Shown: positions 35,237-49,069, counted from the whole stretch's first letter. The stretch is DNA of 62,946 nt, filler included, from Hyphochytrium catenoides (GCA_900088475.1; 12 parts of 12 records of this genome joined end to end with filler, not necessarily neighbours in it), one strand, 5' to 3'. Numbers and translations: made by a program. Notes: a model not told the origin generated them from the letters alone.

Positions 35237-35608
35237 AAGGCAATACTTAGAAGAATTGAAGAACATAAACAGCTCATCAGTAAGGAGACAACTCAACAAC
35301 CAGCTAAACTATCTCTTTCCGAAGAAGAAGCACGGACAGGAGTCAACCAACATCAAGGTCCCAAGGATCCAAAGGAAGGACAATTAATCATTACGCAGGC
35401 TTCGAATCAAGAAATTGACGCTGATTGCGAGCCCGAAGGGCGAGCCTCAATTTCATGGCTTACTGACCTATGCGGCGTGGACAGGCAAAAAGGGCCCGAA
35501 GGGCCCGTGGACAGCCCCAAGAAGAAAAAAAAAGGGAAGAGAAAGAGGAAATAAAAGACATGTCTGACCTCTTATTATAGCTAACGATAGATACGATTTT
35601 GTCCGAAC

Positions 35609-38600
35609 TCATGTACTTCCAGCGGTACACTTATGGCCCCTTTTGAGTTGACCACATTTCCTACACAATCGTGGCTTCTTACGAAACTCTTCCCCGGGCT
35701 GGTTGGTCAAGCTTTCGGCAGTGAAAGTATACTTTCGCTTCACCACCGCGCCACCACCTCCTCCAGAGGGCAGAGGAGTAGACGCCGCTGAAAGAACCTC
35801 TACTCTTGCTGGAGCAGCAGATCTTGAAGCGGCAGCGCCTGCGCCTTGCAGAGCTGCAGTAGGTGGAGCTGCTCCAGGAATGGCAGCCAAAAGCCGTTGC
35901 ACAACCTGCTCCATGACACTTTCCATCACTAAGCTCGAGAGATCTCCTTGTTGCTGCCGCTGCGAACCAATCGCATCCGGCGTGGAGAGCGAAGTTGAAG
36001 ACGATACTGTCTCACCAACCGCAGCCGTCGTGGTGGGAGCAGGAGCTGGTACGCTAGAAGAGCAGCTTGTTTGGACCTCTTCTCCTCCTCCTGTCTCCAC
36101 CCCTAGATGCCCAGCCAGGTCATCAACACAAGCGGGACTCCCGCTGCCCTGATTGCTGGTCCTGTTATTAGTAGTCCCCAGCTCTTCTGTTCCTTCGGCA
36201 TGCAGCCGAGTGTGCTGCTGTTCTTTCTCTGCTTCCTGACCAAGAGGCCGCTGCCGTCGCCGAACGTATTCTCTTTCTAGTAGAGGAAGGAACAGCCACG
36301 CAATTGTAAAAGGAACAGGAGACTCAGAAACGAGAGAGAGAAGGAGGAAGCAGATTGAAGAGGAAGAGCTTATAGTATTTATAGCAGTCCTTTGTGATGC
36401 TCAAGGCTCACTCCAACCCTGGTTCTTGGCTTGCCCTCTCACCTGCAGCATCTGCTGCCTCGACAAATAGAGGATCATCTAGGTCTAACTGCACTTCAGG
36501 AAAGCTGCTGTTGTCCTCCTCAGACAAAGGGAAAGGTGCCGTCTCTTCTACAACCTGCATCGGGGTTCCTGAGGTTGGCAGAGAAGGTGTGATTTTTTAC
36601 CTGTACCATAGGCGATGCTGCAATGAGCTACTAACAATACCTTCTGTTTCTCCTGTATCATTCCTCGCAGAAGATTGGAGGTTCTCAGCTCCCTCAACGG
36701 GCGATATGTTCTGGCCGATCTCTCCGCGATGACGAACACCATCTGCCGCAGATTCGCGTGTAAGAGAGGTAGTATCGACGCCAACTGCCTCGTTTGCATC
36801 AACATTAGCGTGGTTCGTCCCTCTATTGGGAACACCACTTCCTGCGATAGTGACTGTGCTTCTGATAGAGGCCGGCATTGGCGGGGGATCATTTCCGCTA
36901 GGTTGCGTGTCTTCAAGACTGGGATAGGGCTCGTGCGGGGGAACCTGGGCATAACTTCTTCGCCTCTCTCGCGCCAGAGCCATCTGCAGTTTACAAACAG
37001 AGTAGGTTTGGAACTCGCAATGCCTGTTGCTTAGAAGTAAGGGATGCTTACCTTTTTCGAATACTCTTCCAGGAGGTGCTTATCCTTCAGGGTGAGGGAA
37101 CTGTCTAACTCGCACCTGCTGTTCCAGGCTCTCGCCATAGCGAGCCAGTTGGTCCCATATTCCACCAAGAACTCAGCAAATAGAGCATCTTCCCTCTCTC
37201 CCGCGACAGGGTGTAGTAGTCTGGGTACTGTTAGGCGACCCCGACGATTTTGCGGCCTTGAATCCAAAGGTGCTGGGTTAGCGCGGGGAGGTGTATGCAG
37301 CTGGCGTTGCGGTTGAGTCAGCCGGTTCAGTGCCTCTTGTCCCACCAGCACCTCGTCTCAAAGCCGCCTGAACTGCAGTTGGAATGCCAAACTCAATAAA
37401 GTCAGGGTCATCCATGGCGTGCAACTCTTCTTCTAGCCTCAAAGTCTCCGCAGTTACCGTCTGCATAATGTTAGAGGAAGCAGCAACATCAATCGTTGCA
37501 CCCTCAGCTAGCTCTTCTGCATCAGCTGTTCGAATCTCAAATTCTACTCTGACTGCAGGCTCGAGATTGGGAGTATCAGCCACTACCGAACCTTCTTGCC
37601 GGCGAGTGTCGTTAGCAGAAGGGTTATTTTTTGATGCGAAGGTCTGCTGCAGCTCCTGGAAGAAGTCTAGTCCCTCCATTTTCAACCCTGGGAGGATGTC
37701 CTTGCCAAACTTCTCCTTAGCCCTCTTCTTGGCGTCAAGAAGCGGTCTGAGATCAAAAATGCCGAAGTCTTCTAACTCTCCTTTGCGCTTGTAGCACTGA
37801 AGGTTATGGTAGGCATTGTACATAATCGTCCTTATGTCACCAAGCTCAGGGCCGGCCACTGTCCCTGCCAGCACGCATTCCACTACTGATTTGTGATAGC
37901 TTTCGAGCTTGGGAGTGCCTCGTACTGTGCCGAGGCTCCCGTCAGAACGTATAAAGTACAGATCATCTAGGCTCAAGGGACCATCTGACATGCAGCCCTT
38001 TCCGGCATGCTCTGCTGCATTGTCAATGACCTCCATAGCCTTTGGTCTTAGAAGCTTCTCATTTCCATTGACCTGCTGCTGGTCAAAGCGTTCCTTGAGC
38101 ATAAGTAGCCTATCCTTTAGCTGTTCAGGGCCAGGTACGACATAGCGACACCTTTTCCGATACCAACTACGCTTCAACTTCTTCGCATCTTCAGCGCTAG
38201 AGATCTCTCCTCTCTCAATTGCATGTCTTATTGCTACCTCCTTATCAGGCTGGTGGATGTGGAAGAAAACCGCAGAGAGCTGTGTCATAAACATCCCTAC
38301 ATGTGAAGAAGGACCGCCAGTTAGATATTGGATGCCTTCAACTAGACCATAGAACTTGCAAAGAGAAGCATGGATAAGAAAAACATACAACGATCAAGCA
38401 AAGCACATATCTCCACATCTCACCCCTCAAGGGATTGGTAAGCTTTAAGTGATCTCCTATAAGCTTTATTGCGTGAAAGAGATCCTTCTGGACTGCAACG
38501 TCTCCAAATATTTCTTGCAGCACCACTCTATCGCTGCAGCAATTGTCACTGTGGAAAGGTGAACGAAGTTTAGGTAATCTAGTGTCTGTTGAAGAGACAG

Positions 38601-39981
38601 CGGTAGGGTGTAGGGACAATTGGGAGAGCTCACCTCCAAATACACTTCAGAGCAACGCCCTTCCCATCTAATCTCTCTTTCAAGAGTTTCATAGCTGGTT
38701 GGGCTTCTTTCAACCTTTTAGATCTTGTCCACTGCTGAGCCAATATCTTCCCATCGCGTGAATCCATAACTGTAAAAAGACCAAACCATGGGCGACGACC
38801 ATCTTTGAGGACTACGTGCTTCGGTAGGTAAAAGGTATGGTCCACATATACTGTCGTAGAGACAGCAATGTCTAGAATGTCACTGCAATACTCCTTTAGT
38901 TTGCCCACTTTCCAAGAGTCCTCCAGCATAGCCTTGAGATACCTTGGAGTGAAGCTGTGGCCGCAGTAACCTTTCTTGTCGTTGTAAACTGAAAAGTCCG
39001 GTAAGGAAGAAGTAGTCCCCGGCTTGAGGTCTCCTTGCCTCTTCTTCCGTCCTAGACTCTTGTCCGATGGCACCCGATACCCTATCACCTGGGGTAGAGT
39101 GATCTTCCCTTCTCACAGCAGCCGCGAAAGATCCAGCAATGGTTGGATGATTGCTGATTCTACTGGAGGATGATCTGTCCGCACAGAACTGCACAAATAG
39201 CTCATACCTACGCGCGTAAGACATCCGCCGAAGTCCATTGAGCATATCCGCAAGGTGAGTCAGGTCCACTCCAGTCACGGATAAGTGAACATTTAGGTCA
39301 AGCAGCTGGAGAAAATCAGCGTTAATACTATCAACGGGTGACCTGTGAAAGGGATGCTCATACCTCTGTGGTAACTGCAGATCTGGCACTTAGATGCACT
39401 GCAAACTGCTGTCTGATGAATGGTGGCAATGTGACCAGAAACGCTTCATTGGTGGTGAGCCATTGGTGGCCGCAACCCTTATAGAGCTCTTGTCCATCCG
39501 GACCCTTCACTCTTTTGTTCTTGTCGCATAAAAGAATACCACTGCACAACCACAAACTACCAGTCAAAGTTCTGACGAGACGTGGACCATGAAGACCTTT
39601 TGTCCTCCAAGTCCTGGTGCGCTTACAGGCTGGGCAAGACATAGTCCTACCAATGTAGTCAAACCAGAAAATATGGGGTAGCCAAAACGCGACTGGCACG
39701 CTCAATAGGTAGAAGTCTTCAGGCCTAGGGTGAGCTTTCGAGGCAGTGTCGTGTATGGTTGGATTGGGAGGGTACACGATAAAGTCTGGAAAGTGAGTTC
39801 GGTCTATGGAGGCTGTGCTTAGTTGTAGGTTTCCTTGATCATTCTTGACCTTGGGCAGGTGTTTTGCTTTCTCATCCATGAACTTCTTCACGTACGGTGG
39901 AGCCTGGACATTGTCAGGAACCTTGATGTCACCGAATGGGCCCACTGTTTCTGGGAGAGGATGGTCGGCAGACGTTGGCAT
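35609..39981 (-). mobile_element. Zisupton-type (KDZ superfamily) transposase gene with introns
   Basis: DUF6729-like region (FWLP...CPAC...PRLV...C...C...LPPFIRQQFAVHLS); YVDHTF; DGKIL; DNCC; DLFHAI; NPLRGMFMTQLSAVFF; RGTPKLESYH; NWLAMARAWN; terminal RLCRKCGQLKRGHKC. GT-AG introns join the first ORFs; one frame change near 37350 is unresolved. Confidence 0.8.
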
Positions 39982-40400
39982 TGTACTCTTCTCTAAGGTG
40001 GGGGCGGCGGGTGCCTCAAGAGAAACTCTACGGGATAGTATGTATTATGCACTTTCCTGAGCTCCTTTCAATCCTGCCTGCCGGAAATTGGATACTCTTG
40101 TCTTAAACTGCACTACAACTCAAGGTCAAGATTGCGAGCATGATTCTCCTCTCTCTTGACCGATAAACAATAGTAAACTATTGATCTTCAGAGAGAGAAA
40201 GTGCAGTAGATAGCAAAGGAGAGCATGGGAGAGAAATAGCGAGGGTGCTTGGGGAATGGTGGTGTGATGGCATTTCAGATGTATCGATGTATCTATGGAT
40301 GATGGATTTGACCCAAAGATTTTCGCGCCACCGCCTTTAGCAGAGCTTCATTGCATGGAAAGATGGAAAGACAAAGTCCGCCAAGACATCAAGTGTAACC

Positions 40401-40456
40401 TGTTGGAGTCTGAGGGCATAGCTATGTGGACTACAAGCTGGCAAGCTTAACTACCC
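40401..40456 (-). mobile_element. Truncated second copy of the TIR element at 20450-20656
   Basis: Reverse complement of 20601-20656, cut by the spacer. Confidence 0.8.
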
Positions 40457-40556
40457 NNNNNNNNNNNNNNNNNNNNNNNNNNNNNNNNNNNNNNNNNNNN
40501 TTAATTAATTAANNNNNNNNNNNNNNNNNNNNNNNNNNNNNNNNNNNNNNNNNNNN
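40457..40556. other. Artificial contig spacer
   Basis: N44-TTAATTAATTAA-N44. Confidence 0.97.
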
Positions 40557-41219
40557 TCTCTCTCTCTCTCTCTCCCTTCCTGTGATTTACCTCTTTGCCG
40601 CCAATGTACACAGCTGATCCCTCTCACTTTCCGTCCCTAAGTGCATCTAGTTCTCTCTCTAGCCTCTCTCTCTTCTTTTACTCTCTTTGTCGGCGCTCGC
40701 TTCGCTTCCCTCTCTAGCATACTTCTGCAGTTCCGCTACCGAGCCTTGTTTGTTCGAGTTATTCCCCCTCTTCCCACCCTCTCTCTCTTTGTCTGTGGGG
40801 TATGTCTTGGGTATGCGTGACTCTCCGTCTCTCCCTTCCCGTTTTTCCTCTCTACTCCTCTTCCCCTCTCTCTCTTTTCCCCCCTCTCTCTCTATCTTTC
40901 TCTCTCTCTCTCTCTTCTTTCTCTCTCTCTCTGTCTGTCTCTGCCTCTTCTCTCCTCTCTCTCTTTCTTTCTCTCTCTCTCTCTCCCTTGTCTCTCTCAT
41001 TTTAAGATCTTTTATGCTCTCTCTCTCTCTCCGTGTCTCTCTTCTTTTCTTTCTTGCTTGCTCTCTCTCTCTCTCCCGTCTCAACATCTTCTCCGCTTCA
41101 AGCTCCTCACTCCTCGCTTTCGCTTTCTGACACCTACTCATCCACTCACTCTCTCTCTCTCTCTCTCTTTTTTTAAAATCCTTTGCTCCACTTTCTCCCC
41201 TCACTATTCACTGCTCGAA

Positions 41220-41984
41220 GGGTCTCTCTCGCCTTGAGGACCTTAAGATCCGTCTCTCTCTCTGCTCTGACACACTGAGAGAGGCCGCTAACTGGGGCCG
41301 CACGGTGCGCCAGCTGAGCCAGCGCGTGGCCTCTGAAGACTTTGACTTGGACATCGCCGTCGAGGAAGTCGCGCTGCTGAGGCGGAGCCTCAAGGTAAGA
41401 AGCCACTGAGAAGAGGAGAAAGAGAAGGACGGACTCTTTTGTTTTTCAAATAGATCTTTCTCTCTCTCTCTCTCTCTCTCTCTTTTTCTATGTCTCTTCA
41501 TCTCTCTCTATCTCTATGTCTCTCCATCTCCCTCTCTCCCTTTGTCTCTCCTTTTGTCTCTTGGTGTCTCCCGCCTGGTGCCTCTCAACTTCTTTCTCCT
41601 CTGCTCCCGTTCTCTTCTTCTTTCTCTCTCTTTCTCTCTCTAATTATCCTGTGTCTCTTTCTCTCTGCTTTCCTTTTTTTCTGTTTCTCACTTCTCTCTC
41701 CCGTCTCCTGTGCCTTCTTGCTCATTTCCCGTCTCCCTTCTCTCTTCTTTCTGCTCCCTACCTCTCTTTTCTTCTTCCCCTTTTAATGATTCAGTCCTTT
41801 CCTTCTTTGTACCATCTCTGGAGTTATCCGCAGGCTCTTTGCGCATCTTCTCTTTCCTGTCTAGACACTTTCGTCTTTCCTGCCGCCAGTCTCCCCTTCT
41901 CTCTCTAGCACTTTATCATCTTTCGTCCAAGTCTCTTTATCGCCGCATAATTTTTCGCTCGTGGTGTTCTCTCTCACACACCCT

Positions 41985-42019
<35 letters not shown>

Positions 42020-42063
42020 CTCTCTCCTCTCCCTCTCTCTCCCTCTCTCTCTCTCTCTCTCGC

Positions 42064-42108
<45 letters not shown>

Positions 42109-42154
42109 TCCTCACACACAAACTCTCTCTTTCTCTCTCTCTTCCTCACACACA

Positions 42155-42187
<33 letters not shown>

Positions 42188-42719
42188 CTTCTGTCTCTCT
42201 TCTTCTCTCGAGTAGGTGCTCTCTGACATGCCTGAGGCTTCAACGCGCCGCAGTGTTCTCTCAGAAGTTATTGAGAAGCTTTACAGCGCGCTGCAGCCTC
42301 AGCTCCGGGCCGCGCTGGCCGAGGAGAGAGGCGCGGCGCTGCGGCGCCTGTGGGAAGTGTATAAGAAGCTGGGCAGTGAGGGAGTGGTCAGAGACGAGTA
42401 CATCAGACACAAACAGGTCTCTTCCCTTCTTTCTTTCTCTTGCTCATTCTTTCTCTGTCTGTCTCTTCCTCCCTCGTTCTCTTCTTCTACTCTCTCCCTC
42501 TCTCTATTCGTCTAAATATTTTCTTCCTTTTTGTGTCTCTGGCGCTTTCTGGTTGCTCTTCTTTCTCGGTGTATTCCTCTCCTCGCCCGGTCTCAACCTG
42601 GGTCTCTTCTCAGCTCTCTCTGACGGCGCCGTCCTCTCTCAGAAGTTATATCTCGTGTCTCTCTCCTTCTCTGTCTCTCTATTCTTCTGTCTTTGTCTGC
42701 CGCTGTGTGTCTCTCTTCC

Positions 42720-42786
<67 letters not shown>

Positions 42787-43715
42787 CTGTTTCTACCACA
42801 CTACTACCACACTACTTATAATCAGCCGAGAATCTTCTCCTTTATCTACCTTTGCATGTCTCACATTGTCTCTCTTCTCTCTCCCATCTCTTCAATCTCT
42901 TCCTTTCTCTATCCCGCCAGCTTGCCATGACGGAGCGCTGGGCGGCTGCAAAGTCTTCCCATCACAAAGTCTCTGAAGGGCTGGCAGAGTTCTATGAGGA
43001 CGTATGTGCAAGCACCTTCTCTCTCCCATCTCTTTGCAACCTGAGATTCTCTCTCTCTCTCCCTGTGTGTGTGTCTTTCCTCATCCGCTCTCTCTTCTCT
43101 CTCGCCCTCTGTTTGTTCTACCTTTCTCTCTACTCTGTCTATGGACGGGCCACTTTTAGTCAAGATCCAGGTTTTCTTTCTTATTTTCTCTCTGAGCTGC
43201 AGGTCCTTTCCTTTCTCTCTCTTACAACTGTGCAGGTGAGCTCTTGCCTCCAGCTAATGACTCTCTCTCTCTCCTTTGTTTTGCTCTCTGTCTGTCTCTC
43301 TCTCTCTTTTGGCTGCAGCTTCGCGGTCTCATGCAGAGAGAGGCGCGGAAAGTTCCTGAAGTGTTTGGAAGAGAGAATGACGTGCTTCCCTCCCTTGTCA
43401 CTGCTATTTATGAGTCTATTTCCCCCTCACTGGTGAATTGGATCAAGGAGGATGACTTTTCTCTCCGGGTACAAGGCCTACTCTCTCTCTCCTCTCTCGC
43501 TCTTTCTCTCTCTTCTCTGTCTCTCTCTCTCCCCTCTCACACTCTCTCACTTCACTCACTCTCTCTCTCTCTCTCCCTCTCTCTGTCTCCGATCCTGTCG
43601 TTTTGAACCTCACACTTCCGATGTCTCTTTCCCTCTCGCACACTCTGTCTTTTGGTACTCCTTTCTCTGCCCCTTATTCTCTGTCTCCCTAGATCACTTT
43701 TCTCTCTCTCTATGT

Positions 43716-43758
<43 letters not shown>

Positions 43759-44619
43759 TTCGGTACATTCATCTCTCTCACGGCTTGCTCATTCATTTAC
43801 ACCAGAAAATGGTCCAGCTCTTTGATTTGACCTCAACTTTCATTGTCGACGCCCATCAGGTCGGAGAGACGGAAGGCTCAGCACTTCCAACCTTCTACTC
43901 TCTGACATTTCTCTCTTCTGTCTTGTGTTGCGCCTGACTCTTTCTCTCTCTCTCTCTCTCGCTCGGTATACCATTCTCTTTCCTTACTTGGCGTCCACTC
44001 TCTCTGACTCTTTCATTCTTTCCGCCGGGCAGATGTTTCATGTTGGTCCGATAGTACTTTGCCAGGCAGTAGAGGGTTTCTCTCTTAATCTCTTGCTCTC
44101 TCTCTCTCTCTCTTCTTTCCCTCCCTCCACCGAAATCTCTCTCTCTCTCCTCCCTGATCGTGCCAAGCATAGATTCTCAAGGCCGCGGACTCTCTCACTG
44201 GCTTCGAACGCCTCTTCCAAAGCGTACTCGGCCCTTTCACGTCTATTCTCTCTCCTTACGGCGAGCTCGAGAGCGCGGAGCTCAGGAGAGACGTGCAGAA
44301 GATTCTCCCCAACAGTTTAGAGGCCTTTAAGGCGCAGGGCGGCGCGGAAGGAGGTAAAAAAAGAAACGTCCTCTCTCCTAGGTCCTCTCCGCGATTTTTG
44401 CCTTCTTCTGGTGAGAGAGAGTCTCTCTCTCTCTTTCCCGTTCGCCCGATTTCTCTGTCCTCTTTCCGCCTCCTCTTCGCCTAACAAGTGGCTTGTCTTT
44501 GTCCTCTTTCTCTCCAAAGTTTGGCCGCTTCTGTCTCTCTCTTTCCTCTGCTTCCACATCTACTCACATTCACTCATCTGTCTACCGCTTTGGCTTCTTT
44601 TTCACCCCTTTCTCTGATC

Positions 44620-44662
<43 letters not shown>

Positions 44663-45015
44663 TGCAGCTCTCTCTCTCTCCTCCACCTCCTCGTCTACTT
44701 CTGAGAGCAGTATCTCCTTCACGGAGGCGGTGGCGAGTCGCTTGCCCTCTCTCTTTCTTCAAGTTTGCGAAGCTTGTGGCGGAGCTCTAAGCCGCTGCTC
44801 TCTCCTCACCGGCGGCGCCTCCTCTCCCGCCTGCGTCCAGGCGCTCAGCGTCTCCATCACCTTCGCGGTCGGCGCCATGGGAGAGACGCTCCTGCAGCTC
44901 AGACAGGCGTGCAAGCTCCCTCCAGCACGGAGAGGAGGAGGTAGGAAGAGAGAAAGACTCCAATCTCTCTCTCTGTTTGTGTTATCCTCTCTTCCCCTCT
45001 CTCTCTCTCTCTCCA

Positions 45016-45055
<40 letters not shown>

Positions 45056-45405
45056 TCGCTCTCTCTCTCTCTGTGTCCATAAATGTGGTGCTCTCTCTCT
45101 TTCCACCCCGGGGGGAACTTTATTCTCCTCCCTTTGCACATTTATTCTCTCCTTCGCGTGTTCTCTCTGTTCTCTGTTGTTGTCTCTTTCTGCTTTCTCC
45201 GCCGGTCTCGTTCTGATCTGAAGGAGGCATCTCCTGCTTTGGGGTCTTCCGGCTTTGATATCTGCGGCCTGAAAGAGAAAGAGTCTCTCTACTTCTCTTT
45301 CTATTTGTATAGCTTTCCGCAGTCCACTCTTGCACATTCTTGCTCTCTCTTTTTCTCTTTTCTTCCAAGTACCTATGCATTAACATCTTGCGGACGACTG
45401 ATGTT

Positions 45406-45449
<44 letters not shown>

Positions 45450-46136
45450 TTTCTCTCTCTCTCTCTCTCTCTCTCCCTGTCTCTTCTCTCTCTGTCTCTT
45501 CTTTCTCTCTCTCCTCTCTCTGACTGCTTAACCGGTCGATTTCCTCCGTATCTACGCTTTAGGTTCCTCAAAGCCTCTTTCTACCCGGGCACCGTCTTCT
45601 CTCTCTCTCTCTCCCTATACTTATGACTGGGCACTGCTGCAGGCCGCTCTCTTTCTTCTTCAGGCCGCAGGAAAGATGCTCAAGGACTTTAACGTCTTTG
45701 AAGGGACACTCAGGGGAAGACTCACGGAACAGTTTGTCGTCTTAGGTAATAGAGAGAGAGACAAAGACCGGACCAGAAAAGAGAGAGAAGAAGAGAAAAG
45801 GATGAGAAAACGCTAGGCTTAAGGACGTGGCCCCCCTCTCTCTCCCCCCCATTTCTGTCTCTCCTCTCTCTCTCTCTCTCTCCTCTTACCATTCATTCTC
45901 TCTCTCCCCTCTCTCTCCCTCTCTCTCTCTCCTCTTACCAATTCTCTCTCTCTGACGTACTTGCTGCCCTTTCCCCTCATTCTCTTCCAGATTCTATCCG
46001 CGCTCTATCTTTCTCTTCTTGGATGCCAGAGCGGTCCCGCGTCGCGGCTGTCGCGGGCAGCCTGCATCTCTCTTCCGACCAGCGGCTGGCACTAGAGCTC
46101 AACATGCTGCGAGACAGAGCAGAGAAAAGAGAGAAG
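41220..46136 (+). CDS. COG7: Conserved oligomeric Golgi complex subunit 7, internal exons (partial)
   Basis: LSRLEDLKIRLSLCSDTLREAANW...LLRRSLK|VLSDMPEASTRRSVL...LQPQLRAALAEE...YKKLG; LAEFYED; EARKVPEVFG; ALSRCSLLTGG. Fits the COG7 N-terminal/central pattern; the introns are TC-rich. Confidence 0.7.
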
Positions 46137-46295
46137 GTAGTTAGACGAACGACGGCACGGCCGAAGAGAGAAAGAGGCTTTTCACTTTGCTGGGTGTCGA
46201 ACCGTTACCTCCTCGACTCCCCCATATTTCTCTCTCTTTCTCTTGTCTTCTTTCTATCTATCTATTCGCTTGCTCTTTCTCCTCTCTCCAAGTGT

Positions 46296-46395
46296 NNNNN
46301 NNNNNNNNNNNNNNNNNNNNNNNNNNNNNNNNNNNNNNNTTAATTAATTAANNNNNNNNNNNNNNNNNNNNNNNNNNNNNNNNNNNNNNNNNNNN
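46296..46395. other. Artificial contig spacer
   Basis: N44-TTAATTAATTAA-N44. Confidence 0.97.
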
Positions 46396-49069
46396 TCGAG
46401 ACGTCGACAACTATGATTTCACATTCGATTCAGACAAAGAATCCGCAGCGTTGTTAACAGATAGGGCTGCTATGCACAACGGAAACAGTAGGAGCACTGC
46501 TGGGGCCAGCGTAGCGGGTAGTAACTCCACAGTGCCTGTACAATAGTATTCGCCGTGCTTTATTATAGAGACCTTCAAGATGCGACCACGGTTTCATTCT
46601 GTTTCTCTTTGTGTTATGAAAAATCTTCCCATGAAACGCTAATAAGATTAGAAGAGCAGGACGCAGTCACGCCTAATTACCGAAAAAATACCACTCATCA
46701 TAGAAAATTGTGGCTGAGTAAACTTACGTCCTCATCTTTTCACTGGCTTCCCAGTCGTTTATCCCCTCGCTAATGGGCAAACTTCTTGGCATGCAAGAGC
46801 TCGATTTAACTGCGTTTTCAGCGACATTGGATGCTGGATCAGAAAAGGAGATCGACACCGACGACCAACAATGACGGCGACATAGTCGCCAACAATGACG
46901 ACGACAGAGTGCCGGGTGACCATGAGAAAAGGCAACGTAGAACAGAAGGTAAGCACAAGCGAGAGGGAGATAGACAGCCAGAGGCTGAGGTGAAGTGAGG
47001 GAAGAGCATCACTTGTCAGGAGTGAGGAGAAAGCCAAATCATTTTTGTTTCTCTGGATGAAACATGCCCCGCAAGATGGGGAGCACAACAAGGGAGATTC
47101 ATGAGGACCTTAATTATTACAGAGGACTTGACATACCATCATCTAAATGCCACTCTATGATGGGACCTCTCACATTCCGAGAGTTATCAGCGCCTCGCTA
47201 TCTTAGAGCAGCCACACATTCACGTGTCGAAGAAGTCAGAGGTTTCTCGTCGCGCGCGGTGCTCTTTCCAAAGGTTTGGAAGAGGAGCTAATGAAACAAA
47301 ACATTAAGAGATTATTCCCTTACTAGGGGCCCCAACAGCTAGCACGCGCCGTAGTAGTCCCAGCAGGGCCTGGTAGCGACCTCTTCTCGCAGGAGGGAAC
47401 TTGGCGATGGTGACGACGAAGACCTACTCACGATTATAATGAGACTTGTACTTGCCCGTCAGCGTGCTGTCCGGTAGCGGTGGCTTATTAGGTATTCTCC
47501 CATCAGTGCCAATGGGGGGTTAGGCACCACGAATGGCCGAGAGGACACACAGTAAAGGGCGAGGAAAAGGAAGAACAGGACTCTAAGTGCGTGTGAAAAA
47601 GAACCCGATTATTTACACTCTTTGAGCGTAGTCCCTGCGCACTGAGCCTTGTAGTCCCATGGAGTCCATGTACAAAGGAATAAGTGATAAGGAGCAGCCC
47701 CGTCCGCCCTTTATTAGGTGAGAGAGAATGTAAGCACCCATACCGACGACACAATATCTGGAGTTACTAGATACTCTACAACGTCTAGGGGTAATATGGG
47801 GATTACCTCTTCACCATCATCATGGTGTGTTGGTGTTACTACCCGCGCCGGTGTTGCTGCTGCTGCTCTTCACCAGCTTGTTTCCGACGTTCTGCAAGAG
47901 AAGGTAAGTTTCTGTTGGTAGAATGTCAATTTTCATATAGTTCTACTAGGCTCTAGGAGGGATCGACCCGTGTTATTGGCATTCGCAGTGGGTGAGTGGT
48001 GATGAGAGGAAGAGTTTGTATTGATGAGATGGTGGATCGATTGCGCTCGGCTAGGTCAAGGGTATCATGAATTCTGCGACTGTGACCTAGTACGTACTCA
48101 GGCGTAAATCTTCAAAGTACCCTAGGACCTGGATCAGCTCATGTCTGGACAGAGTGAGGGTGATAGAAGGAGGGTTGGCAGAATGATGGACGCTCTCATC
48201 ATCATCAGCACTACCAAATGTTTACTTAGTGGGCGTGCGTCCTCTAGAAGAGCAAGAGCAACTGAGAGCAATAAGTTCAAATGGGCGAATTCTTAGGGCG
48301 ATCTAGTCTTTGATTAAGCTCCCATCTTCTTCTTCTTCTCCATCTTTCTTCTTTTGCCATGAGGGGAGCTTAATCTGGTAAGTGAAATAGGGTATGTACG
48401 AGTTTTCTGCCGCTAATCTTCTTCGGCGCTTAACCTGGACCTTTTACCGCTCTATATCAATTTCTCTCATACCCTCTCCCTTGTCTCTCTCTGCCTCTCT
48501 CTCTTGACTCCCTCTCTCGCCCTTCGCTCTCTTTCGCCAGTTCGGTACCGCATTCTCTCCTATTATTGTAGTATATTAATGAGCTTCTTGGTTTTTCTCA
48601 CGGCTGCTTTCCTCTCGATGTTCTCGCTCTCGCCTTCTCTCTAACCTGCCTCTTGTTGTTTCCCTCTCGATACGGAGTATTCTCTTTCTCCTCCAATATT
48701 GTCCCATATTATTGTAAACCATGCTACTTTTTTCTCTCTTTTCTACCACTCTCATCCTCGTTAGCTTAGGGTTAGAAGAGATATTACTGAGGGGGAGGAA
48801 AGAGAAAGGCAGTGAAGCATTGCAGGGAAGCGAGGGAAGAACTTCATCGATGGCTACGGTGGCGTTCCTGGACAAGTGCTGCCTAACCAGACTGAGACAG
48901 TCCCAAGATTAACCCAGACTGCGCCACGGATCGAATCTGCAGACGGATTTCTGAAGCCGCAAGAAGCTCCAGCAGGTACCAGCCCCCAGATACCGATAAC
49001 GAATCTGCTAAATGGACTAATTTGAGCTGGCAGTGCAACAGTCAGAAGAGCCTCCGTGCAGCTTCAACT

